Notes: generated by a model not told the origin, from the sequence alone. DNA of 64,000 nt from an uncultured Acidobacteriaceae bacterium (GCA_963763905.1 CAVXRU010000037.1:9998-73997); one strand, 5' to 3'. Positions 20,034 to 31,186 are shown, counted from the first letter of the stretch. Made by a program: numbers and translations.

Positions 20034-21096
20034 GTGTAGTGCGTCATTCAGATTGGCGATTATGAAGGGCGGCACGGGCACGCTTGACCTTCTCCAGGAT
20101 GTCGGCGGCTTTGGCGGTCCAGATGAATGGTTTGGGGATTTCATTGTGATGATCGATGTACTCGCCGATGGCCTGGATCAGGTCCTCGACACTGCGGAAG
20201 ACGCCGCGGCGAAGCCGGTTCTCGGTAAGGTCGCGGAAGAAGCGTTCCACCATATTGAGCCACGAACAGCCGGTGGGCGTGAAGTGCATATGGAAGCGGG
20301 GATGGCGGCCGAGCGAGCGCTGGACATTGGGATGCTTGTGGGTGGCATAGTTGTCCACGATCAGGTGGATCTGTTTTTGAGACGGAACGATATCGTCGAT
20401 GACGCGCAGAAACTTCAGCCACTCCTGATGGCGGTGCCGGTCATCGCACATCGAAATCACTTCGCCCTCCAGGGCATTGAGGGCCGCGAACAGAGTCGCT
20501 GTGCCGTTACGTTTGTAGTCGTGGGTCATGGTCCCGCAGCGACCCCTCTTCAGAGGCAGGCCCGGCTGTGTACGGTCCAGCGCTTGAATCTGGCTCTTGT
20601 CGTCGGCGCACAGGACGATGGCATGCTCAGGCGGATTCAGATACAGGCCCACGATGTCCTGGAGCTTGGCAGCGAACTCGGGGTCGCGGCTGAACTTGAA
20701 GGTCCGCACCAGGTGCGGCTTCAATCCGTGGGCGCGCCTGTGCCATGGTGCGCGTCGACCAGTGGGTGGCGTGGGCCGGCTTCTGACGCAGCGTCATCTC
20801 CACCACCTTCTTCACCTGGCGATCGGTGATCGTACGCGGCTTGCCCGCTTGCCCGGCCGCGGTGCGTCCTTCTGAAGAGCGGCTATGCCGCCCTCCAGAA
20901 ATCGCTCCCGCCACCGCGCCGCTTTCTCCGGCGTGATGTTCAACCGCGCGCTTATTTGTTTGTTTTCCAGACCGTCGGCGGCCAGCAGCACAATCCCCGC
21001 CCGTTCCACCAAGCGCGCCGGCAGCGAGCACTGCCGCGCCAGTCGTTCCAAGGCAACTCTCTGTTCCGGGTTCAGCAGGACAGCGACGCACTACAC
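20034..21096 (-). mobile_element. IS630-family insertion sequence, copy A (degenerate)
   Basis: Terminal inverted repeats GTGTAGTGCGTC (20034-20045) and GACGCACTACAC (21085-21096). TA at 20032-20033, CA at 21097-21098. The HTH part (21051-20812) and DDE part (20724-20044) are separated by frame breaks, including a deletion that removes the segment before [11 protein letters not shown]. Confidence 0.85.
20044..20724 (-). CDS. IS630-family transposase, DDE catalytic portion only
   Basis: 226 aa with [25 protein letters not shown] and [11 protein letters not shown] (DDE_3 type). It lacks its own HTH domain because of upstream frameshifts. Confidence 0.8.
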   Translation of the reverse strand: MKPHLVRTFKFSRDPEFAAKLQDIVGLYLNPPEHAIVLCADDKSQIQALDRTQPGLPLKRGRCGTMTHDYKRNGTATLFAALNALEGEVISMCDDRHRHQEWLKFLRVIDDIVPSQKQIHLIVDNYATHKHPNVQRSLGRHPRFHMHFTPTGCSWLNMVERFFRDLTENRLRRGVFRSVEDLIQAIGEYIDHHNEIPKPFIWTAKAADILEKVKRARAALHNRQSE

Positions 21097-22039
21097 CAGC
21101 CCTAGAGTACTCTTCACATCTTCCTGTCACCTCCTTTCGGCATCGATTACGTTCCCGTCTGGTCACCGCCTTTCAGACGCCGGCTTCGGACGCAGATCGA
21201 GAGCATGATCAACCACCCCCTTGAGCTGCAAATCGATAGACTCGACGACACAGGCCTTCCTCTCGCCGAATGAGTCAGCCGCTCAACATCACAAAGCCTC
21301 GACCCAACTGACTTGAGGACCAATTCCATTCGGAGTTTGCTCTTCCACAATTACCCGGTCCTTCGGTCCTTCCAGGTCACCCCGAAAGGATAATGCCAGG
21401 CTAAATTCATGGCCTTAAATCTTCGATTTCGATAATGCTCCGAGAGTGCCGGAATTAGATCCAACCTAGGCAGTTGATCACTTTGTGAGTTCTGAGGCGG
21501 ATCCGAGCAAGAAATTCCGAAGCGTCGGAAGGGACCAGTGGTAGAGTTATGCTCTACGATTTCCACCACCTGTACTACAATCTGCGGTCGAGAGCACAGA
21601 TGGCGGCAATCACACCGAGAATGATCATGACCGGTGGAAGGCAGAACGCGATGGCGCTCTCAATCTTTTCAGAGGGTTCTCTCACGTGGCCCTCCCAGAG
21701 TCTATCTTCAGAAGAATAAAATTGGCCAGGACGAGAGTTTTTTGAGCAGGCAAACAATCCACTTCGCTGCCTCCTTCTTCCAGACTTCTTCAGCTCAGGA
21801 CGTGCACGATGGAGGCGCGGGATGGCATTAAACATTGAACTCCCAATCAAGGCTTTGCAGACCTTCCCCTTTTCCTTTCGAGTTGCGCCCTTTGTGGGGC
21901 TAATCTAATGACGAACGGGCCGCAAGTTGGGAAGCCCTATTTCCCGGTGCTCGACTCTGGGTAACCAGTAGCCGGGTACTCAAGTCCTTAACGAATGTCG
22001 AGGACGAATTCATCGTAGCCGCGTCTTGAGGAGGACGAG

Positions 22040-23719
22040 TTGATCGTGAGACAGGGCAGATTATTGGAGTTACTAACGACGAAGGCGGCGACCTGCAGTA
22101 GCCCCGCAACCATCAACCAGGTCGTCATCCCGTGCACTAGAGGACTGGCGCTATTCCTGCTGGCGATCTGCCCACTCGCCGGTGCAACCACGCACAGGGT
22201 GCATGCTGGACAGGGTAGTTCAGCGATTCAAAGGGTGATAAGCGGAGCCTCGTTCGGAGATACTGTGTCCTTCGACGCTGGGACGTACACCATCAGTTCG
22301 ACCCTCGCACTTAAGTGCGGCCTCACTTACACCGGTCCGGTGACCACCCCAGCCACGGCCGAAATCACTACGAGCACAGCAAACATATCGTTGACTGCGA
22401 TGACAGGAGGCTGCAGATCAGGAACAACAACTATTGAGTACCTCAATTTTAACGGAGCTGGCCCCATTTATTTTGATGCTAATAATTACTCGAACATCAT
22501 CTTTGAGCATAATCAAATCACAGCCATGCCGTACTCTTCAAGCTGTAGCGGCCCGTGCTCGTCGGTATTTTTTGACGGAAACAACAACAATACCGACTCT
22601 AACATTACAATTGAATACAACACCTTTGGGGATGCCAACACTTGCACAGCCGGTTTAAGCATTGACGAAGGTGGTTGTGCCGGTATCGTATCCAACATAG
22701 TCGGCTATGTAATCAATCTGACAATAGAGTATAACTCCTTCATTCACCTCAACGAAGGAATGCATTTTGCGAATACCAATTATTGTACAGGTTGCTATAA
22801 CTCTGTCTGTCAAAACTGTCTTATCGAATACAACTACTTTAGCCAGATCAATCGCATCCCATTAGAAAATCAGATTAGCGTCCAATATAGTCCGACAATC
22901 ATGTCCAACAATGTGATTGCCACCAATAACACGTCTGGGACGCCTTACGCTACCATAGCAGTGTCTGCTGCGTGCTGCTACAGTGGAAGAATTGCTTCTG
23001 TCCTCACCGACCAGAGTCCGGCTGATTATATACAGAACAATCTTATCTTCCAGGCGGTAGGTACTCTTACTACTCTTGCGGCCCCGTTGGGACTAGAGGG
23101 TTTCGGGGGAAACCCTCAAATCACTAACAATATGGTTCAGGGTTACTATTGTTATGGGGCCTCATGGTCATCGTACAAAACCAGCACTGTTACTAGTGGA
23201 ATTATTGCGTATAACACATTCCAGTCGCCAATTATGGCAGCAGGGGCTGGAAATTCACAATGCAACGGAGGTAATGGTGCTTATATAGTAAGCGAATGCG
23301 GTAGCGGTTGCGGTGTACCGCCGACTCAAACAGGGAACGTTGAAGGCTCTACTCCTTCTGCAATAGTTTCAGTAGCTCCGACGATTTCTCCATCTGGAGG
23401 CTCGCAGACGTATCCTTTGACGGTTACCCTTACCAATCCCGGGTACACCGGTTCTACTACTCCATACCCGTTAGGCAATACAGGTATCTGGTACACCACG
23501 GATGGCTCTACGCCAGTTCCGGGATCGGGGACAGCGCAATATCTTGCAAGTGGCGGCACTTTTGTTTTACCCGCTCCTGCCACAGTAAAGGCAGTCGGCA
23601 TGTGGGGCACGCCGCCCCAGCCAACCAGCTATCCGGCGGGCTATGGTTTCGTGCCCAGCGCGGTGAAGAGCGCGCACTACACCAGTGGGGTGGCGAGTCA
23701 ACAACGACGGCCCCGGTAA
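22040..23719 (+). CDS. secreted right-handed beta-helix protein with chitobiase/hexosaminidase-C-like (CHB_HEX_C) tail; paralog of the middle of 33262-37185
   Basis: GAGGAGGA (22028-22035) precedes TTG 22040 and GTG 22046. PbH1-like repeats IEYNTFGDAN, IEYNSFIHLNEGMHF, LIEYNYFSQINRIPLENQ. C-terminal GIWYTTDGSTPVPGSGTAQY...ATVKAVG. Confidence 0.8.
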   Translation: MIVRQGRLLELLTTKAATCSSPATINQVVIPCTRGLALFLLAICPLAGATTHRVHAGQGSSAIQRVISGASFGDTVSFDAGTYTISSTLALKCGLTYTGPVTTPATAEITTSTANISLTAMTGGCRSGTTTIEYLNFNGAGPIYFDANNYSNIIFEHNQITAMPYSSSCSGPCSSVFFDGNNNNTDSNITIEYNTFGDANTCTAGLSIDEGGCAGIVSNIVGYVINLTIEYNSFIHLNEGMHFANTNYCTGCYNSVCQNCLIEYNYFSQINRIPLENQISVQYSPTIMSNNVIATNNTSGTPYATIAVSAACCYSGRIASVLTDQSPADYIQNNLIFQAVGTLTTLAAPLGLEGFGGNPQITNNMVQGYYCYGASWSSYKTSTVTSGIIAYNTFQSPIMAAGAGNSQCNGGNGAYIVSECGSGCGVPPTQTGNVEGSTPSAIVSVAPTISPSGGSQTYPLTVTLTNPGYTGSTTPYPLGNTGIWYTTDGSTPVPGSGTAQYLASGGTFVLPAPATVKAVGMWGTPPQPTSYPAGYGFVPSAVKSAHYTSGVASQQRRPR

Positions 23720-24052
23720 TTCCCAATATATTCCGGATTTATCGAAGTCCTTCCCGGCGGTCCTGTCGTGATCTGCAATTTCCCGTACTGGCGGTTCGCA
23801 CGCAGCGGGATCGCCGGACGTAATTCTATACAGGTGACGGGTACCCAGTAGCAGTAACACTCGCGACGAAAGTTGGCGCATTCGCTGCAGCCTAAACAGA
23901 GCAAAGCGCTGAGCTGCTGGCAAGCCAAGCGCGCCGCGGCAGTTGTGTCGGTCAAGTTCAGCAAAAAGGTGTAGGTCAGTTGGACTTTAAGCGGGATGGG
24001 GGCGCAGGGGAAGAGACGGCGTCTGAGTCCCTTCCCCTGCCATCGCCTTCAG

Positions 24053-25248
24053 TCAGGCACTGCCGCCATTCTTAGCCGTTTTTTCTTTTGTTCCTCCAGA
24101 GGTTTCATATTCAGATAGCGTATGGCCTCGATCCAGTTCTCGTGGATCTCCACGGCCAAGGCCCGCACCAAGCGCGGGGCAGCTTTCGTCGTTGGGAAAA
24201 ATGCGTACCAGCGTCCGCCGCTTTAGCTCTTCCATCAACCGCTCCTGCATGTTGGTCGATGCAGATGCTTGTGGTGTTCTCGCGGTAGCCGGTAAAAGCT
24301 CAACGTCGAATCGATGTTCTCCTCAACCCGCAGGCACAGCTTGGGGCGGCGGGGTCCATTTCCCAGCCACGCCGCCAGATCCGCCCCGCCCCCTCCAGAT
24401 CCCGCAGGTCGTAGGTCGGACAACCAGCGCAGCTCCATCAAACAGTCATCGTCACCCTTGCGCGGCAGGTAATCCATTGCTCAGGAAATGTACGTAACAC
24501 CTCTGCCACGTTGCTTCCGGCAGTACCTCCGCAATCGCCCGCCGCAACCCCGCATGATCGTCGCTGACCACGAACTCCACCCCCGCAGGCCCCGCTGGCG
24601 CAACCCCTGAAGCAGCTCCTTCCAGCTGGTTGTGCTCTCCCGACTGGCCAACTCCACTCCCAGCACACACCGCCGGCGCTCGCGGTTGATCCCAATCGCC
24701 ACCAGCACCGCCTGGCTTCGCACCGTTCCACTCTCCCGCACCTTCTCGTAGCGCGCGTCCAGAATCAAATACAGATATCCTTCTCCCAGCTGCCGATGCG
24801 CAAATGCCTCCAGCTCCGCATCCAGCTTCTGCACCATTTCGCTTACCGTCCAAGCACTGAACTCGTGCTCGCACAGCTCCTCGGTAATCGCCTTGACCTT
24901 ACGCGTCGGCACACCCTGGATGTACATCCCTATCACCGCGTGCACCAGCGCCTTCTCGCTGCCCTGATACCGCGCAAACGCCTCGGCGCGGAAACGACCC
25001 TGACGATCTTGCGGCACCCGCAACTCCAGCTTCCCAATCCGCTTGATCAAACTCCGACCGTAATAGCCAGACCCGTACCCTAGCCGGGCTTCGCTGCGCT
25101 CGCCCTTGCCCGCTCCCAGCGCCTCCGATATCTCTCCTTCCGGAACCTGCTCCAGCGTTTCCTTCATCAATCCGCGCAACAAATCCTGGTCTTCCAGCAA
25201 CAACTCCTTCAGCTTGCTCCTCCCTGCGGTATTATTCCTAGGGGTCAT
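24053..25248 (-). mobile_element. IS256-family transposase gene, multiply frameshifted (pseudogene)
   Basis: The pieces 25248-24481, 24874-24452, 24477-24235 and 24250-24053 read on as one Transposase_mut protein: GYYGRSLIKRIGKLELRVPQDRQGRF...YLILDARYEKVRE...FVVSDDHAGLRRAI...WQRCYVHF...TLSFYRLPREHHKHL...ERLMEELKRRT. Confidence 0.8.
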
Positions 25249-25663
25249 CTGCCCTTTCCTTTCTAACCCGTCGCCTAAGCGGATAGTGAAAGGTCTAACA
25301 TGACCCCCTTTTGCTGAACCTACAGATCATAACCGCCGCGGCGCTCGCTCGGGCTTCCTGAAACTGTTGACAGTGGCCGTGGGCCGGATATACTGTCGAG
25401 GCTAGTGAGGGGGAGGCTCTGTCCGCCCACCTACCGACAACTCTGTTCCCCCTGCAGAGGTTGCCCAAGGCGTGTTTCACAGAGTCATTCCCTTCAGGAG
25501 GTCATAAAAAAGGCCAAGTTTGGCTCGGTCACAACCTTGATGCGTCCTGAACAAGCAGTCGCGAAATCCCCGCATCACAACAGACCTGACAACCGTAAAG
25601 GAGACAACGCCAAGCTTTGCCGGATGGGTTTTAGTCGAAGACCGGGGAGCAAATATCCGCCTT

Positions 25664-26980
25664 ATGAGAATTCTCATCGTTGGCCATGCGTGCGCTCCAG
25701 GTTTAGGGTCGGAGCCCGGATCTACTTGGAACTGGGCTTGGCACATGTCTCGTACACATCAAGTTTGGGTGATTGCTCACCCCGAATACAAAGATCTTGT
25801 CGATAGTTTTCTCGCGTCGCACCCGAATGACCGTGTCCGATTCATTTGGGTGGTGCCTAAAAGCCACTTCGACTATTGGACCCCGGGGTCCAATCAGGAA
25901 CGAGGCATTCGTCTCCACTATTGGCTTTGGATGAAAGAGGCTTATGAGGAAGCTGCTATCCTTTACGAGCAAGTGCACTTCGACCTCGTGCATCATGTTA
26001 GCTGGTCCACGATTGCCGTCCCGCCACCGTTTTGGAAACTCCCTGTGCCGGCTGTTTGGGGGCCGGTTGGCGGGGGGCAATCCTTCCCGCCGACCTTCAT
26101 CTCACATCTTCGCGATAAACGGATCAAGGAGTTTTTAAGGAGCCTGAACTTGCTTCTGCTGCCATTCTCGCCTACTTTGCGACGAAGCTTGGCAAGCACC
26201 CGCTTAGTATTGGCCACAAATCTTGAAACCAAGAATTTGCTCGAACGGGCCGGTGCAAAGAGCGTCGATATGTTTCTGGACTGCGGGGTGGACGGGCGCG
26301 TTGCCCCACCATGTCCGCGAGCTGCCGGGGAACGGCTCACGCTCCTCTGGGCGGGAAGATTCGAGCCTCAAAAGGGCTTGTCCATTGCTTTACGCGCACT
26401 GGCGGTATGTAAATACCGCCAGATTTGTTTGTTGGTGGCAGGCTCCGGAAGTGAACAGGCTCAAATGGAAAGCCTTACGCGGTCACTCGGGTTGACGAAT
26501 CGCGTAGAGTTCCTCGGGCGAGTTCCCCATGAAACCATGGAGGCGTTTTTTCAGAATTGCGACGCACTTGTATTCACTTCCTTACGTGACAGTTTCGGAT
26601 CCGTTGTCTTGGAAGCCATGTCGAATGGACTTCCAGTCGTCGCTCTTAACCATCAGGGAATTCGAGCGTTTGTTCCCGATGACGCCTCTATCAAAGTCCC
26701 CGTGAATTCCCCGCAACAAGTAATCAGGGACTTGGCGCATGCATTTGATGTTCTAGGATCGAACCCTGAATTACGGCTGACGATGTCCAGAGCGGCGCTT
26801 GCCTTTGCGGAAAAGCAGACCTGGCAATGTCGCGCCGAGTCGATGAACAAACTGTATGCTGATACGATGAAGGGTACGGAGGCTAATGTCGTTCCTACTC
26901 ATCGGTCGGCGCGAGGACTCGATAACGGTGCTGACGATGCGGCTGGAAAGACGCCCTCTTCCTCCATGCCAGCCGGGTAA
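25664..26980 (+). CDS. family-4 glycosyltransferase
   Basis: 438 aa. N-terminal MRILIVGHACAPGLGSEPG. C-terminal GT1/GT4 EX7E region FTSLRDSFGSVVLEAMSNGLPVVA. Confidence 0.85.
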   Translation: MRILIVGHACAPGLGSEPGSTWNWAWHMSRTHQVWVIAHPEYKDLVDSFLASHPNDRVRFIWVVPKSHFDYWTPGSNQERGIRLHYWLWMKEAYEEAAILYEQVHFDLVHHVSWSTIAVPPPFWKLPVPAVWGPVGGGQSFPPTFISHLRDKRIKEFLRSLNLLLLPFSPTLRRSLASTRLVLATNLETKNLLERAGAKSVDMFLDCGVDGRVAPPCPRAAGERLTLLWAGRFEPQKGLSIALRALAVCKYRQICLLVAGSGSEQAQMESLTRSLGLTNRVEFLGRVPHETMEAFFQNCDALVFTSLRDSFGSVVLEAMSNGLPVVALNHQGIRAFVPDDASIKVPVNSPQQVIRDLAHAFDVLGSNPELRLTMSRAALAFAEKQTWQCRAESMNKLYADTMKGTEANVVPTHRSARGLDNGADDAAGKTPSSSMPAG

Positions 26981-27099
26981 ATCAGCCAATCTTGAGCATC
27001 GAGACGGTCGTCCGGTCGGTCTGACGCTTGGCTGGCAGTTTCGGGGGACGAATTTGGGTGTGATCTGCCTCCTAAATCCGTTCAGGTGAAGGTATAAAT

Positions 27100-27297
27100 C
27101 TAACCCGCAGCCCGGGCTGCGGGAAAGTGGGAAACGCCAGAGGCGGTTGCCAAGTGGGCAAATCCCTCGTCTTTCCCATAGCTGCTTACCCCTAACGTCT
27201 GGGCAAACTCGGTCGGTGTTCGGTAACTGAGACTGCTATGAGGCCGTGGTTCGTTATAGTGCTCGGCGTACTCTGAGGCAATGGAGGTGTAGGTCGT
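27100..27297 (-). pseudogene. C-terminal relic of an IS3-family (rve integrase) transposase
   Basis: The minus strand reads TSIASEYAEHYNEPRPHSSLSYRTPTEFAQTLG, the conserved rve tail YNxxRPHSSLxYxTPxEF. Nothing recognisable lies upstream. Confidence 0.5.
27104..27123. terminator. perfect 20-bp palindrome between convergent genes (possible bidirectional terminator)
   Basis: CCCGCAGCCCGGGCTGCGGG at 27104-27123, between the GT4 stop (26980) and the rmlC stop (27395). No clear U-tract. Confidence 0.3.
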
Positions 27298-27394
27298 TTA
27301 TGCTGGGAATTTACAATCAGATGGGGCATTCACCGCCTTTAAGGCCATGATTATAAATCGGTTACAGTCCGCATCCATGGTGCGAACAACGCTT

Positions 27395-28015
27395 TTACGC
27401 AGACGGCTGACGAAGGATTTTAGAATGAAGCCCTTGCGCCCCTCCGGGCGGCCCCGCTGGGTATATGTCCGTTGGTTCATAAATTGGCGCTTGTTCCAGG
27501 GTCAATCCAGCTAAGTCCTTCGTGGATAAAACAGCCCGATTCATGTGCGGCCATTCAACGCCGATGGCGGTGTCACTCCATAAGACGACTCGCTCATGCT
27601 GGGGAGCGTAAAAGTCGGTGGCTTTATATAGCACCTCTGCAGTTTGGGACAGTACCATGAAGCCATGGGCGAACCCCTGGGGTATCCAGAGCATACGTCG
27701 ATTGCTGCTGCTCAGCCTCTCCGCCACCCAGTGGCAGAAGGTGGGCGAGTTTCGACGAAGATCGACCGCGACATCAAAAATTTCCCCGCTTAGACAACGA
27801 ATCAGCTTCCCCTGAGGTTGTTGAATCTGATAATGAAGACCACGTACAACGTCCCGGCGGGAGAAGGATTGATTGTCCTGAACGAATGGGCCGTTGATGC
27901 CGAGTTCGCCCAAAACTCGTTCATTGTAGCTTTCGAAAAAAGATCCCCGGCTATCTTCAAAGACCTTAGGTTCAATAATCAGGACGTCTGCAATTTTGGT
28001 CCCTAATGCGTGCAT
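27395..28015 (-). CDS. rmlC: dTDP-4-dehydrorhamnose 3,5-epimerase
   Basis: Start placed at M10 of the ORF (ATG 28015). IIEPKVFEDSRGSFFESYN, RGLHYQ, KLIRCLSGEIFDVAVDLR, LWIPQGFAHGF. The C-terminal tail is about 25 aa longer than typical. Confidence 0.9.
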   Translation of the reverse strand: MHALGTKIADVLIIEPKVFEDSRGSFFESYNERVLGELGINGPFVQDNQSFSRRDVVRGLHYQIQQPQGKLIRCLSGEIFDVAVDLRRNSPTFCHWVAERLSSSNRRMLWIPQGFAHGFMVLSQTAEVLYKATDFYAPQHERVVLWSDTAIGVEWPHMNRAVLSTKDLAGLTLEQAPIYEPTDIYPAGPPGGAQGLHSKILRQPSA

Positions 28016-28487
28016 CCACACCCCCATTGCTACTGCAGGCACCGCCTGTTTTCATCAGAAAGGCTAAGTTTGCAACGCGAGCCAGTCCAGTACGAAGTTC
28101 GACCCAAGAAAAGGAGCCCCGCCAGGGACGAGGATCGGCGACAGCTGGGTTGGCATGAGCTACCTCAATGCATGGGACCTTTCTCCTGGATTGTAATAGA
28201 GCTTGTACGGGACAAGTCATGCCCGAAAGGGGGGACGAAGGCTCGGCGAAACCTTAGGATAGTTGAACGCCTGGCCTGTCGCCTCAGCGATCACGCGCGG
28301 AGTGCGAATGACACCGGTCCCATCGTCGGGCGATGATCGAAACTCGGACCTGAGGCAGGGTTCTGTCTATGCCATATCGGTACACTTCCGTTGTTCTAAT
28401 CCACCTTTGGGTTACAGCGAACGCGAAAATTCTCGTCTAGTCTATCGTTTACGTCTAGTCTATTCTTGATAGATAAGGATTATCCAC

Positions 28488-30002
28488 ATGAATACCATTG
28501 GGAATCAACGTGTTCTGATATTCATCGTCGCCTACCATGCTGAAACCACCATCGTGGATGTGGTTCGGCGTATACCTGCTGAACTTCTGGGCCAGTATGA
28601 CTTCGAACTGCTTATCATCGATGACTCCTCCAAGGATAAGACTTTTGAACGCAGCCATGAACTCAGCCTGCGGGCCGATATCCCATTTAGAATTACCGTA
28701 CTCTTCAATCCCCTGAACCAGGGCTATGGCGGCAATCAGAAGCTTGGTTACCACTGGGCGATCGCTAATGGGTTCGATTTCGTCGCGTTACTGCACGGAG
28801 ATGGCCAGTATGCCCCCGAATGCATGCCTGAGCTTTTGAAGCCGCTGGCGCAGGGTCACGCTGCGGCGGTATTTGGCTCGCGCCTGATGACACCAATGGG
28901 AGCCCTAAAGGGTGGCATGCCGCTCTACAAATTTGTCGGCAATCGAATTCTTACGATTACGCAGAATTTATTGCTGCGGACCAATTTATCTGAATTCCAT
29001 TCGGGGTACCGGATCTACGCCGTCGACGCGCTACGATCCATACCGTTCGAGCGCAATTCCAATGGCTTCCATTTCGATACCGAAATCATTATTCAGCTGG
29101 TGGTTGCGAAATTACCCATCGTCGAGTTGCCAATTCCGACTTACTACGGTAACGAAATTTGTCGCGTAAACGGTATCCCCTACGCGATGAACGTCATACT
29201 TGCCACCCTCAAGGCGCGGCTGCAAGAGTGGAGTTTGTTCTATGACCGCCGATATGATTGCGCTCCGGTCACTACTAACTATCAGCCAAAACTCGCTTTT
29301 GAAAGTTCGCAATCGTTTGCTTTCACTGCGATTCCGCCAAACTCCAGAGTCTTAGATCTGGGTTGCGGCACCAGCTACATGGCATATGCATTGAAGGACA
29401 ACAAAAACTGCTACGTGGTCGGTGTGGACAAGTTTCAGCTCGACGAAGCAGGTCTCGACGGTTTCTACCGTCGTGATCTAGACGATGGCCTAGCCGGCCT
29501 GCCGATTGAATCCAGTGATTACGTGCTGATGCTCGATATCGTCGAGCATGTCGTCTCTCCCGAGGATTTCTTAGACGAATTGCGTAGCAGGTTGACGCAC
29601 GGAGAGCTCATTATCAGTACTGGAAATGTCGCATTTCTTGTTACTCGTCTCATGTTGATGATTGGTCAATTTAACTATGGAAGACGCGGCATCCTTGATC
29701 TGACGCACGCGCGCCTGTTTACCTTCTCGTCCTTATCGAGGTTGCTTGAGCAATCGGGTTTCGTGATCCTCGAAAAGAAAGCGATGCCGGCCCCTTTCCC
29801 GCTGGCAATCGGCAACGGCTTTTGGGGTCGTCTCCTTCTGAAGCTAAATTCACTTCTAAATAAGATAAGTCCCAGTCTCTTTGGGTATCAGGTAATCGTG
29901 CGTGCCAAAGCGCTGCCGACTGTGAAATCGTTGTTGGAGGACGCCCGTCAGACCTCCGGCAACAAAGCGCGGTTGCTCGATGAAGAACGGGTCTCTCACT
30001 AG
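28488..30002 (+). CDS. bifunctional GT2 glycosyltransferase / class I SAM methyltransferase fusion
   Basis: 504 aa. GT2 half: IFIVAYHAETTIVDVVRRIP, LLIIDDSSKDKT, GYGGNQKLGY, LHGDGQYAPE. Methyltransferase half: VLDLGCGTSYMAYAL, MLDIVEHV. The TAG stop (30000-30002) overlaps the IS630 junction. Confidence 0.85.
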   Translation: MNTIGNQRVLIFIVAYHAETTIVDVVRRIPAELLGQYDFELLIIDDSSKDKTFERSHELSLRADIPFRITVLFNPLNQGYGGNQKLGYHWAIANGFDFVALLHGDGQYAPECMPELLKPLAQGHAAAVFGSRLMTPMGALKGGMPLYKFVGNRILTITQNLLLRTNLSEFHSGYRIYAVDALRSIPFERNSNGFHFDTEIIIQLVVAKLPIVELPIPTYYGNEICRVNGIPYAMNVILATLKARLQEWSLFYDRRYDCAPVTTNYQPKLAFESSQSFAFTAIPPNSRVLDLGCGTSYMAYALKDNKNCYVVGVDKFQLDEAGLDGFYRRDLDDGLAGLPIESSDYVLMLDIVEHVVSPEDFLDELRSRLTHGELIISTGNVAFLVTRLMLMIGQFNYGRRGILDLTHARLFTFSSLSRLLEQSGFVILEKKAMPAPFPLAIGNGFWGRLLLKLNSLLNKISPSLFGYQVIVRAKALPTVKSLLEDARQTSGNKARLLDEERVSH

Positions 30003-31168
30003 AGTAGTGCGTCTGAAGTAATAACGATTATGAATATCGTGCGTCCATACAATGGGAGGACGACACGATGCGAGTTGCGCGGCCGGTCGAACTGAATTCG
30101 GAAGTACGAAAGGCTGTGGAGCGGCTTGCGCGAGGCCGTTCCCTGCGGGCCCGGGTGGTGGAGCGTGCGCGCATTGTGTTGCGGGCCGCCGACGGCCTGC
30201 AGGACAAAGAGATCGCGCAGGAACTTGGCGTTACCCCGGAGAAGGTGGCGCGTTGGCGTAACCGATTGCTCGATTGCTCGATGGTGGAATCGCCGCATTG
30301 CAGAAAGACGCCTCGCGTCCGGGCAGGACGCGCACGATTACCGACGACCAAGTGAAGCGTGTGGTGGACATGACGATTGGCCACAAGCCTGCCAATGCCA
30401 CGCACTGGAGCACGCGTACGATGGCCGCAGCAGCAGGCATCAGCGAGGCCAGCGTGCGGCGCATCTGGCATGCCCATGGTCTCAAGCCGCATCTGGTCCG
30501 GACGTTCAAGCTCAGCAGGGATATCCGCTTCGCCGAAAAACTGGAAACCATCTGGGCCTGTATCTGAATCCACCCGAGCGCGCCATCGTGCTGTGCGCCG
30601 ATGAAAAGAGTCAGATTCAGGCCCTCGACCGGACACAGCCGGGTCTGCCTCTGAAGAAAGGCCGCTGCGGAACAATGACTCACGATTACAAACGCAACGG
30701 GACGGCTACGCTGTTCGCCGCTCTGGACGCTCTCGACGGTCAGGTAATCTCCATGTGCGACGACCGGCACCGTCATCAGGAATGGCTGAAGTTCCTCCGC
30801 GTGATCGACCATGTGACCCCGACGGAGAAACAGATCCACATGATTGTGGACAATTACTCCACCCACAAACACGCTAAAGTGCAACTGTGGCTCAGCCGTC
30901 ATCCCCGATTCCACGTACATTTCACCCCCCCGGCTGTTCTTGGCTCAACATGGTCGAGCGCTTCTTTCGCGATCTTACTCAGAACCGTTTACGCAGGGGC
31001 GTCTTCCACGATATCGAAGAACTGATTATGGCAATCGGCGACTATATCGACAAACACAATGACAACCCCAAACCATTTATCTAGACTGCTAAGGCCGCCG
31101 ATATCCTCGAAAAGGTCAAACGGCCCGCGCTTCTCTGAATAATCGGCTATCTGTATGACGCACTACAC
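30002..31168 (+). mobile_element. IS630-family insertion sequence, copy B (transposase frameshifted)
   Basis: TIRs GAGTAGTGCGTC (30002-30013) and GACGCACTACAC (31157-31168), flanked by TA (30000-30001) and TA (31169-31170). The transposase is split over at least 4 frames. There is an 8-bp tandem duplication GATTGCTC (30264-30271 and 30272-30279), plus indels near 30545 and 30935. Confidence 0.88.
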
Positions 31169-31186
31169 TAGGAGGATCATTACGAA

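Noticed and set aside
20053-20829. 258-aa plus-strand ORF
   Set aside because: It is antisense to the IS630 transposase, whose DDE motifs are unambiguous on the minus strand.
21351-21850. Small minus-strand ORFs of 72 and 91 aa next to IS630 copy A
   Set aside because: They show no motifs, poor start contexts and basic low-complexity stretches. One has a single hydrophobic tail, but that is insufficient evidence.
20034-31168. Idea that the two IS630 copies form an active composite transposon
   Set aside because: Copy B has its own TA/TA flanks, and its removal restores a native stop-SD-start junction, which indicates an independent single-copy insertion. Both transposase genes are disrupted. 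I kept only the weaker claim that the pair is a substrate for inversion.
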